A stretch of 64,000 nucleotides of DNA. It comes from an uncultured delta proteobacterium (GTDB lineage Bacteria > Myxococcota_A > UBA9160 > UBA4427). The stretch spans positions 192,001 through 256,000 of the forward strand of contig CAWGJT010000013.1 of the NCBI GenBank assembly GCA_963822965.1. The letters run 5' to 3'. This document shows positions 49,811 to 61,570 of this stretch, piece by piece. Below the pieces are notes generated by a model that had not been told where the DNA came from, made no database searches, and was given only the letters and a program-made list of their open reading frames with translations. Numbering within the stretch: the stretch's first letter is position 1; each line of letters starts with the position of its first letter. A program made the position numbers and the translations under genes.

Positions 49811-51520
49811 CTATCGGCGCTCGTCGAGCACGGCTTCGATCACCGTCTCTGCGACGCGGGCCACGGGCAGGTCGCGGCTCTCGCCGGTGCGGCGCACGCG
49901 AAGCTCCACCACCCCGTCGGCGAGACCCTTCGGGCCCACCGTCACGCGGAACGGGATTCCGACGAGATCCGCGTCGTTGAACTTCACCCCCGGTCGCTCG
50001 TCCCGATCGTCGATGATCACGTCGATGCCCCCGGCCTGCAGGGCTTCGTAGATCCGTTGGCCGGCCTCGTTGCAGGCGACGTCCTTGGGCCGGATGACGC
50101 TCACCACCACCTCGAAGGGAGCGACGTTGACGGGCCAGACGATGCCGGCCTCGTCGTGGTGCGACTCGACGACCGCCGCCAGGCTCCGCTCCACCCCGAT
50201 CCCGTAGGAGCCCATGACGATGGGCTGCGAGACCCCGTTCTCGTCCTGCACCCGGGCGTCCATCGCTTCGCTGTACTTCGTCCCGAGCTTGAAGATGTGG
50301 CCGACCTCGATGGCTTTGAAGACCGCCAGGGGCTTCTCGCACATGGGACAGGGCTCGCCGCTGGTCACCTCGCGCAGATCGAGCCAGGCCTTCACGTCGA
50401 TGTCCCGCTCGACGTCGACCCCGCGCAGGTGGAAATCGTCCTCGTTGGCGCCCGTCACCATGTTGCGGCGACCCCGGAGCGCCTCGTCGGCGATCACGTA
50501 GTGGCTGGCTCCGACGGCGCCGAGGCTGCCCGGCGACGCACCGAGGGCGGAGCGGATCTCGTCGGCGGTGGCCGCACGGATTTCCGCGGCCTCCACCGTG
50601 TCGAGGAGCTTCTGCTCGGAGAGGGTGTCGCAACCCCGCAGCAGCAGCAGCACCGTCTTGTCGTCCACGCGGTAGACGAGGGTCTTGATCTGGCGGATCC
50701 CGGGCGCGCCGCCCTCGAAGGTCTCGAGGTCCTGGATGGTGCGAACCCCGGGCGTCGCGAACTTCTCGGGGGCCGGCGGTCCGGGCTCGTCCAGCACCGG
50801 CGGGAGCGTCGACGTGGCCTTCTCGACGTTGCCCGCGTAGCCGCACGCTTCGCACGACGCGATCCAGTCCTCGCCGGCGTCGCTCGCGAGCATGAACTCG
50901 ATGGACTGGTTGCCCCCCATCATGCCCGACGAAGCCTCCACGGCGATGGCGTCGAAGCCGAGGCGGTTGAAGATCCTGCGATAGGCCTCGAAATGGCGGT
51001 CGAAGGCGCGATCGAGACCCGCCGCGTCGATGTCGAGGGAGTACGAGTCCTTCATCGTGAACTCGCGCACACGCAGCAGCCCGCTCTTCGGCCGCGCCTC
51101 GTCGCGGAACTTCGACTGGAACTGGTAGAAGATCTGGGGCAGCTGCTTGTAGGAGCGAAGCTCCGCGGCGATGTGGGCGAAGATCTCCTCGTGGGTCATG
51201 CCGAGGGCGATGTCCCCGCCGCGGCGGTCCTTCAGGCGGAACATCTCCGGGCCCACCGACGTCCAGCGCCCCGATCGCTCCCAGATCTCGCTCGGGTGCA
51301 TCACTGGGAGCACGAACTCCTGGCCGCCGATGGCGTCGATCTCCTGGCGGATGATGTCGATGATCTTGAGCCGCACGCGTTGGCCCAGGGGCAGCAGCGA
51401 GTAGACGCCCGCCATCAGCTGCCGCGCGAAGCCCGCGCGCAGCAGGAGCTTGTGGCTCACCGCCTCGGCGTCGGCCGGATCGTCGCGAAGGGTGGGAATG
51501 AAGGCCTGGGACCAGCGCAT
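49811..51520 (-). CDS. proS: Proline--tRNA ligase (bacterial type with editing domain)
   Basis: LGMTHEE, KFRDEARP, REFTMKDSYS, IEVGHIFKLG, MGSYGIG. Confidence 0.98.
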   Translation of the reverse strand: MRWSQAFIPTLRDDPADAEAVSHKLLLRAGFARQLMAGVYSLLPLGQRVRLKIIDIIRQEIDAIGGQEFVLPVMHPSEIWERSGRWTSVGPEMFRLKDRRGGDIALGMTHEEIFAHIAAELRSYKQLPQIFYQFQSKFRDEARPKSGLLRVREFTMKDSYSLDIDAAGLDRAFDRHFEAYRRIFNRLGFDAIAVEASSGMMGGNQSIEFMLASDAGEDWIASCEACGYAGNVEKATSTLPPVLDEPGPPAPEKFATPGVRTIQDLETFEGGAPGIRQIKTLVYRVDDKTVLLLLRGCDTLSEQKLLDTVEAAEIRAATADEIRSALGASPGSLGAVGASHYVIADEALRGRRNMVTGANEDDFHLRGVDVERDIDVKAWLDLREVTSGEPCPMCEKPLAVFKAIEVGHIFKLGTKYSEAMDARVQDENGVSQPIVMGSYGIGVERSLAAVVESHHDEAGIVWPVNVAPFEVVVSVIRPKDVACNEAGQRIYEALQAGGIDVIIDDRDERPGVKFNDADLVGIPFRVTVGPKGLADGVVELRVRRTGESRDLPVARVAETVIEAVLDERR

Positions 51521-51566
51521 CGACCGGGAGCATAGCGGCCTCCATCGGGCCGCACGCGGGCGGACG

Positions 51567-52445
51567 TCAGAAGGGCGTGCCGTGGGCTCGGGTGAAGTCG
51601 GGGAACGCCTCGATCACCCGGCGGGTCAGCGGGCGCTCGCCCGGCGGCACCTCGTCCCAGCCGATCGGCTCGCCGTCGAGGGTCGCCACGGGCACGATGC
51701 GTGCGCCGCTGCCCGTCAGGAACACCTCGTCCGCCCGCAGCAGGTCCACACGCGAGAGGGTCTGCTCGCGCGCTTCGACCCCCAGGCCGTGCGCGATCCG
51801 CATGACGCTGTCCCGGGTGATCCCGTCGAGGGATCCGTCCGTGGTGGGTGGGGTCAGCAGCGCGCCGTCCCGTGCGACGAAGACGTTGGCGACGCTGGCC
51901 TCGGCGACCCGTCCGGCCGCATTCAGGATCAGGGCCTCGTCGGCGCCGCGCAGCCTGGCCTCGCGCTTGGCGAGCGCGCTGTTCAGGTAGTTGAGGCTCT
52001 TCACGCGGGGATCGAGGGCGTCGAGCGCGGGGCGCCTCACGCTCACGGTCACCAGGTCGATGCCCTGCCGGATGCGGTCGGGCGAGAAGATGTCGATCTG
52101 GGCCGCGATGCAGAAGATGCGCGCCACCGGACAGGTGGTCGGATCCACGCCGAGACTGCCGTCGCCCCGGGTGGCGACGAGCCGCAGGTAGGCCTCGTCC
52201 TGCCCGAAGGCACGCGCGGTCTCGAGCACGATCTTCGCGACGCCGGCCAGGTCCACGGGAAGCGTGAGCCCGATGGCACGAGCACCGGTCCCGAAGCGGC
52301 GCAGGTGGTCGTCGAGGCGGAAGACCTTGCGGGAGTAGATGCGGATGCCCTCGAAGATCCCGTCCCCGTAGAGGAGACCGTGATCGGTGACCGGCACGCG
52401 CGCCTCGCTCGCGTCCACCACTCGTCCGTCGATCCAGACCTTCAT
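51567..52445 (-). CDS. ilvE: Branched-chain amino acid aminotransferase (class IV)
   Basis: DHGLLYGDGIFEG, KSLNYLN, EASVAN, LDGITR, ADEVFLTG. Confidence 0.88.
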   Translation of the reverse strand: MKVWIDGRVVDASEARVPVTDHGLLYGDGIFEGIRIYSRKVFRLDDHLRRFGTGARAIGLTLPVDLAGVAKIVLETARAFGQDEAYLRLVATRGDGSLGVDPTTCPVARIFCIAAQIDIFSPDRIRQGIDLVTVSVRRPALDALDPRVKSLNYLNSALAKREARLRGADEALILNAAGRVAEASVANVFVARDGALLTPPTTDGSLDGITRDSVMRIAHGLGVEAREQTLSRVDLLRADEVFLTGSGARIVPVATLDGEPIGWDEVPPGERPLTRRVIEAFPDFTRAHGTPF

Positions 52446-53209
52446 CGTCCACTCCCTTCCAGCCTCGCGGCGATGCGCGCTCCGGCGGCGACGACGCGCC
52501 GTGACAGCTGCTCCTCGCCGAACTCGTCCAGGCGCTGGGAAGGCATCGCCAGGGCGACCGCTGCCAGCATGCGCTCGCCCGCGAGCACCGGCGCCGCCAG
52601 CACCGAGAGCCCGGGGATCCACTCGTCTCGGTTCGACGCCCAGCGCCGCAGCTTGGTCTCGGCGACCGCAGCGCGGAGGGCGCCGGGATCCACCGCCGTC
52701 CGCGACGTGAACGCCTCCAGGGTGCCGGAGGGAAACGCCAGCCGGGAAGGCGCGAAGGCCAGGAAGAGCTTGCCGACCGCGGTGGCGTGCACGGGCACCA
52801 TGGCGCCCACCCGGGGCGCGGCGCGCAGGAATCCCGTCCCCTCCACCTTGTCGAGGACCACGATCTCGTGCCCGCGCTGGCCCACCAGGAAGAAGGTTTC
52901 GCCGAGCGCCTCGGCCTCCTGCTCGAGGACGGGACGGGCCGCCACGACGACCGGCTCGCGCTCCAGGGCACCGAGTCCCAGCGCCACGAGCCCGATGCCG
53001 GGTCGATAGCGACCGCGCTCGTCCTGCTCCACCAGGCCGCGCCGGGTCAGGGCGGCCAGCAGCCGGTGCGCGCTCGACTTCGCCAGCCCCAGCTCTCGTG
53101 CGATCTCGGTCACCCCCCTCGCCGCAGGCGCGGCGTGGAGGTGGAAGAGGATGTCGATCGCCTTCTCGACGGTTCCAGCCTGGCTGCTCTCGGGAGTGGG
53201 ACTCGTCAT
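52442..53209 (-). CDS. IclR family transcriptional regulator
   Basis: HTH GVTEIARELGLAKSSAHRLL; PVHATAVGK; ATGA overlap with ilvE. Confidence 0.93.
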   Translation of the reverse strand: MTSPTPESSQAGTVEKAIDILFHLHAAPAARGVTEIARELGLAKSSAHRLLAALTRRGLVEQDERGRYRPGIGLVALGLGALEREPVVVAARPVLEQEAEALGETFFLVGQRGHEIVVLDKVEGTGFLRAAPRVGAMVPVHATAVGKLFLAFAPSRLAFPSGTLEAFTSRTAVDPGALRAAVAETKLRRWASNRDEWIPGLSVLAAPVLAGERMLAAVALAMPSQRLDEFGEEQLSRRVVAAGARIAARLEGSGR

Positions 53210-53311
53210 GCGCCGGCTCGCTGAATGGAGGCGAGAGTGAGTGAGAGGGGATGTGCGAGAAGAGGCCGATCCGGGTGAACGGATCCCGAAATCAGGGCGG
53301 ATTCTGGATCT

Positions 53312-53348
53312 GTTCCACTATCAGGGACGATGTCCTGATTAGTGGAAC
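53312..53348. promoter_or_regulatory. Long dyad upstream of iclR; probable IclR operator pair
   Basis: GTTCCACTATCAGGGAC-GAT-GTCCTGATTAGTGGAAC. Confidence 0.65.
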
Positions 53349-53437
53349 GAGTGTAGCGATATCGACCGCTCGATCAACCGCCGATCCGCAGCTCCCGATC
53401 CTGCCCGATCGTCCGGGCCGGCGCAGTCGGCCATCCA

Positions 53438-54595
53438 TCAACCATCCACCAGAGCCAACGCGCCTGCGTAGCCCAGCAGGACGGGATCACCGCCGGCGGT
53501 GAGGGGGGCCAGCTGGAAGGGACCGATCAGACCCGCGATCGGAAGATCAGCGAACGCGTTCGCAAGGTGCTCGGCCTCGACACCCGCCCTGCCGAACAGG
53601 GCCGCGCCCCGGGCCCGGCAGTTGAGGTACAGGCCGAAGGCAGGGGGCGGTGCCTGCCGAAGCTCGTCCAGCCGGCGAGCCAGATCGTCCCGCGCCGCGG
53701 CAGCGTCCAGCTCGACGAGGGTGAGACGCTGGCCGGACGCCATCGGCTCGGGAACCGAGAAGGCCTGGCGATCCCGATCGAAGCCCACGACGTTGCGGAC
53801 GACCAGGCCGCGGGTGTCCTCGGCGCCCGGCGGCAGCAGGCCCACCAGCAGCGGCGGCGAGGTCTCGCCCCAGCCCCCGGCCCCCCGACGCTCTGCGGTC
53901 TCGGTATAGACCTGCAGGGCGGGTCGGCCGTCCAGTCCCAGCAGCCAGTTGCCGCGGGCGCGTGTCACCTTCATGGGCGGGGTGACGGCGCGCCCCGCCT
54001 GGGTGATCGAGACACGGGTTCGCGCACCCCGCAGCACGAAGCCGGCAACCCCGGTCGCGGCGACCTCGCCCGCCTGCCACAGATGCGTCGAGCCGCGTGC
54101 CGCCGGCGCGGCCCCGGCCCCCAGGACCGTCGCCGGCCGCAGGCTGCGGGCGCCCGAGACGAGCGTGCGGGCGTCGAGCCCCTGGCCGTCGGGCAGCAGC
54201 ATCACCAGGTCGCTCGCCTGCAGCGGTCCGCCCACCCGGTCCGCGACCTCCTCCCCCAGGCGGGTCCCGTCGCGGTCGAGGTCGTGCAGGAGGAACGAGC
54301 ACGCCTCGACCCCGGCGAGCGCCAGCACGAGCACGGCCGGCCAGTCGCTCACCTCGACACCCGGCGCCACGATGCCCTCGACGGAGCCGCCCACCACCAC
54401 CGAAGGGGCGAGGGCGTCGCGCGCCTCGGTGACCACTTCGGCAATCGCGCGCCCGTGGGCGGCAGAGACCACGAGGAGCGCGATCCCGGGCTCTCGGTCT
54501 CGTCCGCCGCGTCGGGCCAGGGCCTGGGAGACCGCCTCCCGGGCGGCCTCCCGCGGATCGAGCGCGGTGGAGATGCCGACGCCTGCCTGGATCAT
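53438..54595 (-). CDS. FIST signal-transduction domain protein
   Basis: ITQAGR, LDGRPAL, VVRNVVG, YLNCRARG..LF. Confidence 0.85.
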   Translation of the reverse strand: MIQAGVGISTALDPREAAREAVSQALARRGGRDREPGIALLVVSAAHGRAIAEVVTEARDALAPSVVVGGSVEGIVAPGVEVSDWPAVLVLALAGVEACSFLLHDLDRDGTRLGEEVADRVGGPLQASDLVMLLPDGQGLDARTLVSGARSLRPATVLGAGAAPAARGSTHLWQAGEVAATGVAGFVLRGARTRVSITQAGRAVTPPMKVTRARGNWLLGLDGRPALQVYTETAERRGAGGWGETSPPLLVGLLPPGAEDTRGLVVRNVVGFDRDRQAFSVPEPMASGQRLTLVELDAAAARDDLARRLDELRQAPPPAFGLYLNCRARGAALFGRAGVEAEHLANAFADLPIAGLIGPFQLAPLTAGGDPVLLGYAGALALVDG

Positions 54596-54754
54596 GGACC
54601 GAACGTAGCGGCCACCCGCGGGAAGAGCGCGCCGGGCCCGGGCTACGCCTCGCTTTGTGGGCTAGGATCGCGACCGCTTGCGTCTGACTCCCCGGCGCTG
54701 CAACCCCCCGCAAACTGAGAAGCTTTTCTCAGACCCCGCCACAGTGAGGTCGGG

Positions 54755-56065
54755 TTGGCTGACTTTGAAATCATCGATCGCCTGAGCGACCTGGAAGCTC
54801 TGGCGCGCGAGCTGCTGAAAGAGGAAGTGATCGCGGTCGATACGGAAGCCGACAGCTTCTATCACTACTTCGACAAGACCTGCCTCGTCCAGATCGCCAC
54901 CCGCAAGAGCTCCTACCTCATCGATCCCCTCGCGCTCGGCGGGCCGGCCGAGCTCGCACCCCTGGGTCCGATCTTCGAATCGACCAAGGTACGCAAGGTC
55001 TTCCACGCAGCCGAGTACGACATCTTCGTGCTCAAGCGCGACTGCGGCTTCACGTTCTCGAACCTGTTCGACACGATGGTCAGCGCGCAGCTGCTGGGCT
55101 ACCCGGCCATCGGGCTGGCCGCGATCATCGAGCACCATTTCGGGATCTCGGTCCCCAAGGACGAGCAGCGCTCGGACTGGTCGCGCCGACCGCTCACCGA
55201 CAAGCAGCTGAAGTACGCCGCCGGTGACGTGCTCTACCTGATCCGACTCGCCCAGAAGCTGGAGAAGGCGCTCGAGCAGGCCGGTCGGCTGAGCTGGGCG
55301 CAGGAGGAGTTCCAGGCGCTCACCCGGCGGCAGTGGCCCGAGAAGCAGTTCGACACCCACGGCCACCTGCGCATCAAGGGAGCGCGCAAGCTCGACTCTC
55401 GCACCGCCGAGATCCTCCGCGAGCTGTACCTGATGCGCGACGCGCGGGCGCGCGAGGTGGATCGCCCGACGTTCAAGGTGCTCGGCAATCGAACCCTTCT
55501 CGAGCTCGCGGAGACCAAGCCGAAGCGTCTCGCCGATCTCAGCAACGTGAAGGGCGTGACGGAGCTGATCGTCCGGCGCATGGGCAAGGACATCCTGGAG
55601 GCCATCAAGCAGGGTCGCAGCGCCGCGCGATCTCCCGCCCCCAAGCAGGTCAGCAACGGGCGCAAGCGCGTCGATCGCAAGACCGAGCGCCTCGTCAACC
55701 GCTTGAAGCGTTGGCGGGCAACGCGCGCGCAGGAGCTGAAGCTCGACCCCGGCGTGCTGTGCCCCAACTCGTCCCTCGAGACGATTGCCTGGACGAACCC
55801 CGCCAAGCCCGAGGATCTCGAGGGCGTCGAGGGGTTGAAGGGCTGGTTCGTCCACGAGTTCGGCCCGGAGGTGATCTCGATCGTCCAGAAGGAAGAGGTC
55901 ACCACGGAAGGCGAGGGGACTCCGTCCGAGGGGGACGGCGCGACGCCGAACGCCGAAGCCCCCGCGGATCCCGCCGAGGCCGGCACACGCTCGCGAAAGA
56001 AGCGGCGGCGCCGGAAGAAGAACCGGGGCCACCGCTCCACGCCGCCGGATTCCGAAAAGTCCTGA
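54755..56065 (+). CDS. rnd: Ribonuclease D (DEDD exonuclease plus 2 HRDC domains)
   Basis: AVDTEADS, CLVQI, FHAAEYD, FDTMVSAQLLG, SDWSRRPL, YAAGDV; TTG start. Confidence 0.93.
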   Translation: MADFEIIDRLSDLEALARELLKEEVIAVDTEADSFYHYFDKTCLVQIATRKSSYLIDPLALGGPAELAPLGPIFESTKVRKVFHAAEYDIFVLKRDCGFTFSNLFDTMVSAQLLGYPAIGLAAIIEHHFGISVPKDEQRSDWSRRPLTDKQLKYAAGDVLYLIRLAQKLEKALEQAGRLSWAQEEFQALTRRQWPEKQFDTHGHLRIKGARKLDSRTAEILRELYLMRDARAREVDRPTFKVLGNRTLLELAETKPKRLADLSNVKGVTELIVRRMGKDILEAIKQGRSAARSPAPKQVSNGRKRVDRKTERLVNRLKRWRATRAQELKLDPGVLCPNSSLETIAWTNPAKPEDLEGVEGLKGWFVHEFGPEVISIVQKEEVTTEGEGTPSEGDGATPNAEAPADPAEAGTRSRKKRRRRKKNRGHRSTPPDSEKS

Positions 56066-56150
56066 TCCGCGCCGGCCCGGGGCTACCGCCTTCCGCGATC
56101 CAGCAGGCACCGCCTGGAGAAGGATTCCGTCCGGACACGGGCTGCGTCCG

Positions 56151-56198
56151 AATGCAGAAATCCCCCGGCTGGATGCGCCCAGCCGGGGGATCTGCATT
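56151..56198 (-). terminator. Intrinsic terminator hairpin (best for the minus strand; may also end rnd)
   Basis: TCCCCCGGCTGG/CCAGCCGGGGGA 12-bp stem, extendable by AATGCAGA/TCTGCATT; minus strand continues TTTCTGCATT. Confidence 0.75.
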
Positions 56199-56340
56199 TC
56201 GATCTGACACCCGGGTCTGGGAAAACGCGGGGTGCTGTTCTGGGGGAAAGCGCCTCGTTGAAAGGACCCAGATCCCGGGCTTTGTTTGACCCCCCCGAAT
56301 GGACGCGCCCGTTACCATCCGCGGCGATCAAGTCAGATGG
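56151..56340 (-). ncRNA. Candidate sigma54-dependent structured small RNA (~190 nt)
   Basis: Bounded by a sigma54 promoter and a terminator; nested helices; no self-contained ORF. Confidence 0.6.
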
Positions 56341-56350
56341 CCTGGGGTAG

Positions 56351-56366
56351 AGCACGAACCGTGCCA
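56351..56366 (-). promoter_or_regulatory. sigma54 (-24/-12) promoter
   Basis: Minus strand TGGCACGGTTCGTGCT, GG-N10-GC spacing. Confidence 0.8.
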
Positions 56367-56530
56367 GGACCCGCACGCGGAAAAGGGCCTGCAAAACCGG
56401 CCCGGTTGCTCGGCAGGGCAGAGGTCTCTGGTGCATCCCGAGAAGGCACCCCTCCGGATGGGGCTCTGGAGAGCCCACCTCGCGATTCGGCCCGTCGGAC
56501 GGAAAACCCTTACGCGATGAGGAGTTCCCC

Positions 56531-57784
56531 GTGAGCAGATCCAACGCCGCCCGATGTGGCACCGCAGCTTCGTGCTGCGGCCTGATTCTCGCCGGCCTGC
56601 TCGCGAGCTGTCTGGCGCCCGAGGACCGACCGCAGGCGAGGACGGTGGGCTTCCCGGACGTGGAGGTCTACCGCGAGCCTGACCCCTCCGCGGACGAGCG
56701 CTACTGCGCGTGGTACGGCGACGCGGAGGGGGGCGTGCTGTACTTCGGCGAGGCGGCCTTCTGGTCGAGCTATCGCGCCGCGGGGATGGATCCCCGGGGC
56801 GACCTCGAGGCGCCGGGCCCCCAGCGGATCGGCCGCTTCGACCTCGCGGCGGGCGAAATGCGGGACCCCCTCGAGCTAGGCCCCCGCCCCGACGGCAGCG
56901 AGCCGCGCTCCGGTGTCTGGGACGTGCTGGCCCAGGGCGACCGCGTCTACTTCACCACCTATTTCGAGGAGGCAGGCTGGGTAGACCTCGCCCGCGGCGC
57001 CGTCACCCGCCTGCCCGGCAGCAGCCTGTGGAACGAGCTGGCCCCCGGCCCGCGGCCCGCTCCCCAGCCGGGCTCGGCCGGCACGGAAGCGCGCCGCATC
57101 CTGGTCACCCGCTATGCGGGAGGTGACGCGGGCCGCGGCGCCGTCCTGGTGCTCGACCCCGACGGACGCGTGCTGGAGAACCACGTCCTGCCGGCGCAGC
57201 CCGGCTTCTCGCTCGCGCCCAAGACCCCGGCCTGGGATCCGATCCGGGACGAGATCTGGGTCACCACGGACCGGCTTCCGCTACCGCCCCGGGACGACGA
57301 GAACGCTCCCTTCGCGCACCCGGCCCTGGTGCTTGCCCGCGACGGGCGCGTGGTGGCGCGCTTCGGGAGCACCGAGGACCCGATGGAGATCCAGTTCATC
57401 CGATTCGACGACGAGGGAAGGGGCTTCCTGGCGGTCGCGCGGGGCACGCGCCTCGAGCTGCTCGTGCTCGCCCCGGACGCGAGTCGGCGCGATCTCACCC
57501 AGGCCCGGCGCGTCCTGCTGGACGACGCGTTCGCCGGCTCCCTGGACTTCGCCCAGGACATCCAGCTCGGCCCCGACGGCAGCGCCTACGTGACCCGATG
57601 GAGCGGTCGGGTGCATCGGGTGAACGCGGCGGGCAGCGTGCTCACCTGGCAGCTCCCCCACGACGCCGAGAGCCTCTACTACACCGCAGTTCCGGCGGGG
57701 CCCGACGGACGCATCTGCGCCACGCGCTGCCGGGACGTCGAGGTCGTCTGCACGGCCCCCGACCTCGTGGCCGGGAAGCGATAG
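56531..57784 (+). CDS. Hypothetical lipoprotein, beta-propeller-like
   Basis: GAGGAG RBS; lipobox LASC; repeated beta/turn motifs (GPDGSAYVT, GPDGRIC). Confidence 0.7.
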   Translation: MSRSNAARCGTAASCCGLILAGLLASCLAPEDRPQARTVGFPDVEVYREPDPSADERYCAWYGDAEGGVLYFGEAAFWSSYRAAGMDPRGDLEAPGPQRIGRFDLAAGEMRDPLELGPRPDGSEPRSGVWDVLAQGDRVYFTTYFEEAGWVDLARGAVTRLPGSSLWNELAPGPRPAPQPGSAGTEARRILVTRYAGGDAGRGAVLVLDPDGRVLENHVLPAQPGFSLAPKTPAWDPIRDEIWVTTDRLPLPPRDDENAPFAHPALVLARDGRVVARFGSTEDPMEIQFIRFDDEGRGFLAVARGTRLELLVLAPDASRRDLTQARRVLLDDAFAGSLDFAQDIQLGPDGSAYVTRWSGRVHRVNAAGSVLTWQLPHDAESLYYTAVPAGPDGRICATRCRDVEVVCTAPDLVAGKR

Positions 57785-57793
57785 ACTGCGCGG

Positions 57794-59092
57794 GTGTTCG
57801 CCGCCCGTCGCCAGCGATTTCTCGACGCCATGGGACCCGATGCGGTCGCCATCCTGATCGGCGCGTCCCTCTGTCACCGTTCCGCGGACACCGAGTTCCC
57901 GTTCCGGCAGGACAGCGACTTCTGGTATCTGACTGGCTTCGACCACCCGGACGCCGTGGCGGTGCTTTGCACCGACGGCGGGCCCGCCTTCACCCTCTTC
58001 GTGCAGCCGCGCGACCGGGCCGCGGAGACGTGGACGGGAATCCGGCCCGGCGTCGAGGGCGCCCGGGACGAGTACGGCGCCGACGAGGCCTTCGCGTGCG
58101 GGGAGCTCCTGGACAAGCTGCCCGGCATCCTCGAGCACGCGAAGCAGCTCTACCACGTGCTGGGACGCCGCCCGGAGCTGGACCGGAAGATCATCGCCGT
58201 GCAGGAGGATCTCCGGGGGCGCACGAAGCTGGGCTTCGCGCCCGCCGCCGCGCTCGTCGATCCGCGCCACATCCTTCACGAGATGCGCCTGTTCAAGGAG
58301 CCCGGCGAGCTGGAGCGGATGCGCCGAGCCGCTGCGATCTCCTGCGAAGCGCATCAGCAGGCCGCCCGGCTCGCCTGGCCCGGCAACTTCGAGTACCAGC
58401 TCGAAGCCGAGCTCCTGCACGTCTTCCGGGGCCGGGGCGCCAGCGGGCCGGCCTACGGCTCGATCGTCGGCGGCGGAAGGAACGCGGCCATCCTCCACTA
58501 CGTGAGCAACGACCGCCCCCTCGACGCGGACACGATGGTGCTGATCGACGCCGGTGCCGAGCTCGAGGGCTACGCGTCCGATCTGACGCGAACCTATCCG
58601 GTGGGCGGGCGCTTCACGGGTGCCGGTCGCGCGGTGTACGAGGTGGTGCTCGCCGCCCAGGAAGCCGCACTCGCGGCGTGCCGCCCCGGCGCCACCCTGC
58701 CCGAGATCCACAAGATCGCCGTGCGCACCCTCGTCGAGGGCATGGTCTCCCTGCAGCTCGTCCACGGCACCGTCGACGACGTCGTCGCCGACGAGAGCTA
58801 CAAGCCCTGGTACATGCACGGCACCAGCCACTGGCTGGGACTCGACGTCCACGACGTCGGCGTCTACGCCCACGGCGAGAGCCCGCGCAAGCTCGAGCCA
58901 GGGATGGTGTTCACCGTGGAGCCCGGGCTCTACGTCCGCGAGGACGACGAGAAGGCCCCCGCGTCCCTGCGCGGCCTGGGGGTTCGCATCGAGGACGACG
59001 TGGTGATCACCGACGACGGACACGAGAATCTGAACGCCGCCGTCCCGAAGCGCATCGCGGACGTCGAGGCCTGGGTGCGCGCCGGCCGCTGA
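57794..59092 (+). CDS. pepP: Xaa-Pro aminopeptidase
   Basis: [50 protein letters not shown]. Confidence 0.95.
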   Translation: MFAARRQRFLDAMGPDAVAILIGASLCHRSADTEFPFRQDSDFWYLTGFDHPDAVAVLCTDGGPAFTLFVQPRDRAAETWTGIRPGVEGARDEYGADEAFACGELLDKLPGILEHAKQLYHVLGRRPELDRKIIAVQEDLRGRTKLGFAPAAALVDPRHILHEMRLFKEPGELERMRRAAAISCEAHQQAARLAWPGNFEYQLEAELLHVFRGRGASGPAYGSIVGGGRNAAILHYVSNDRPLDADTMVLIDAGAELEGYASDLTRTYPVGGRFTGAGRAVYEVVLAAQEAALAACRPGATLPEIHKIAVRTLVEGMVSLQLVHGTVDDVVADESYKPWYMHGTSHWLGLDVHDVGVYAHGESPRKLEPGMVFTVEPGLYVREDDEKAPASLRGLGVRIEDDVVITDDGHENLNAAVPKRIADVEAWVRAGR

Positions 59093-59159
59093 CGTTCCTC
59101 CTCACGGGTCCCGTTCCCAGTTCCAGACTCTTCCCGAAAACCAGGAGCCGACAGCGTCC

Positions 59160-61115
<1,956 letters not shown>

Positions 61116-61117
61116 GC

Positions 61118-61558
61118 ATGACCGACCTGCGCATGACGCGTGAAGAGCGCGAAGCCTTCCTGGCGGGCGTGCACGTGGGGGTCATCAGCATCGAGGATCC
61201 GGGGCAGGGGCCCATGTCGGCGCCGATCTGGTACGACTACCGCCCGGAGGCCGGACTGTGGCTGATCACCGGTCGCGGCTCCCGCAAGGGCCGGGCGCTG
61301 GAGCGGGCGGGGCGATTCAGCCTGGTCGCCCAGCAGGAGGCCATGCCCTACCGGTACGTGAGCGTCGAAGGGCCCATCGTCGAGAAGCGCCCCGCGGAAG
61401 CGGACGCCGACCGCCGGCCGATGGCGCAGCGGTACTTCGGCGTCGAGATGGGCGACGCCTACGTGGACAGCCAGCCGGGCAGCGACGAGTACGTCTACCG
61501 CATGCAGCCCGAGCGCTGGCTCACCGTCGACTACGGCAAGCTGCTGCCGGAGCCCTGA
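61118..61558 (+). CDS. Pyridoxamine 5'-phosphate oxidase-like (PPOX/split-barrel) protein
   Basis: MTREEREAFL, PIWYDY, SRKGR, PYRYVSVEG, PERWLTVDY. Confidence 0.85.
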   Translation: MTDLRMTREEREAFLAGVHVGVISIEDPGQGPMSAPIWYDYRPEAGLWLITGRGSRKGRALERAGRFSLVAQQEAMPYRYVSVEGPIVEKRPAEADADRRPMAQRYFGVEMGDAYVDSQPGSDEYVYRMQPERWLTVDYGKLLPEP

Positions 61559-61570
61559 GGCCCCGGAGCG

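Noticed and set aside
55899..56562. Short ORFs in the rnd-lipoprotein intergenic region
   Set aside because: Atypical codon use, no motifs, and they cross the terminator hairpin or overlap rnd.
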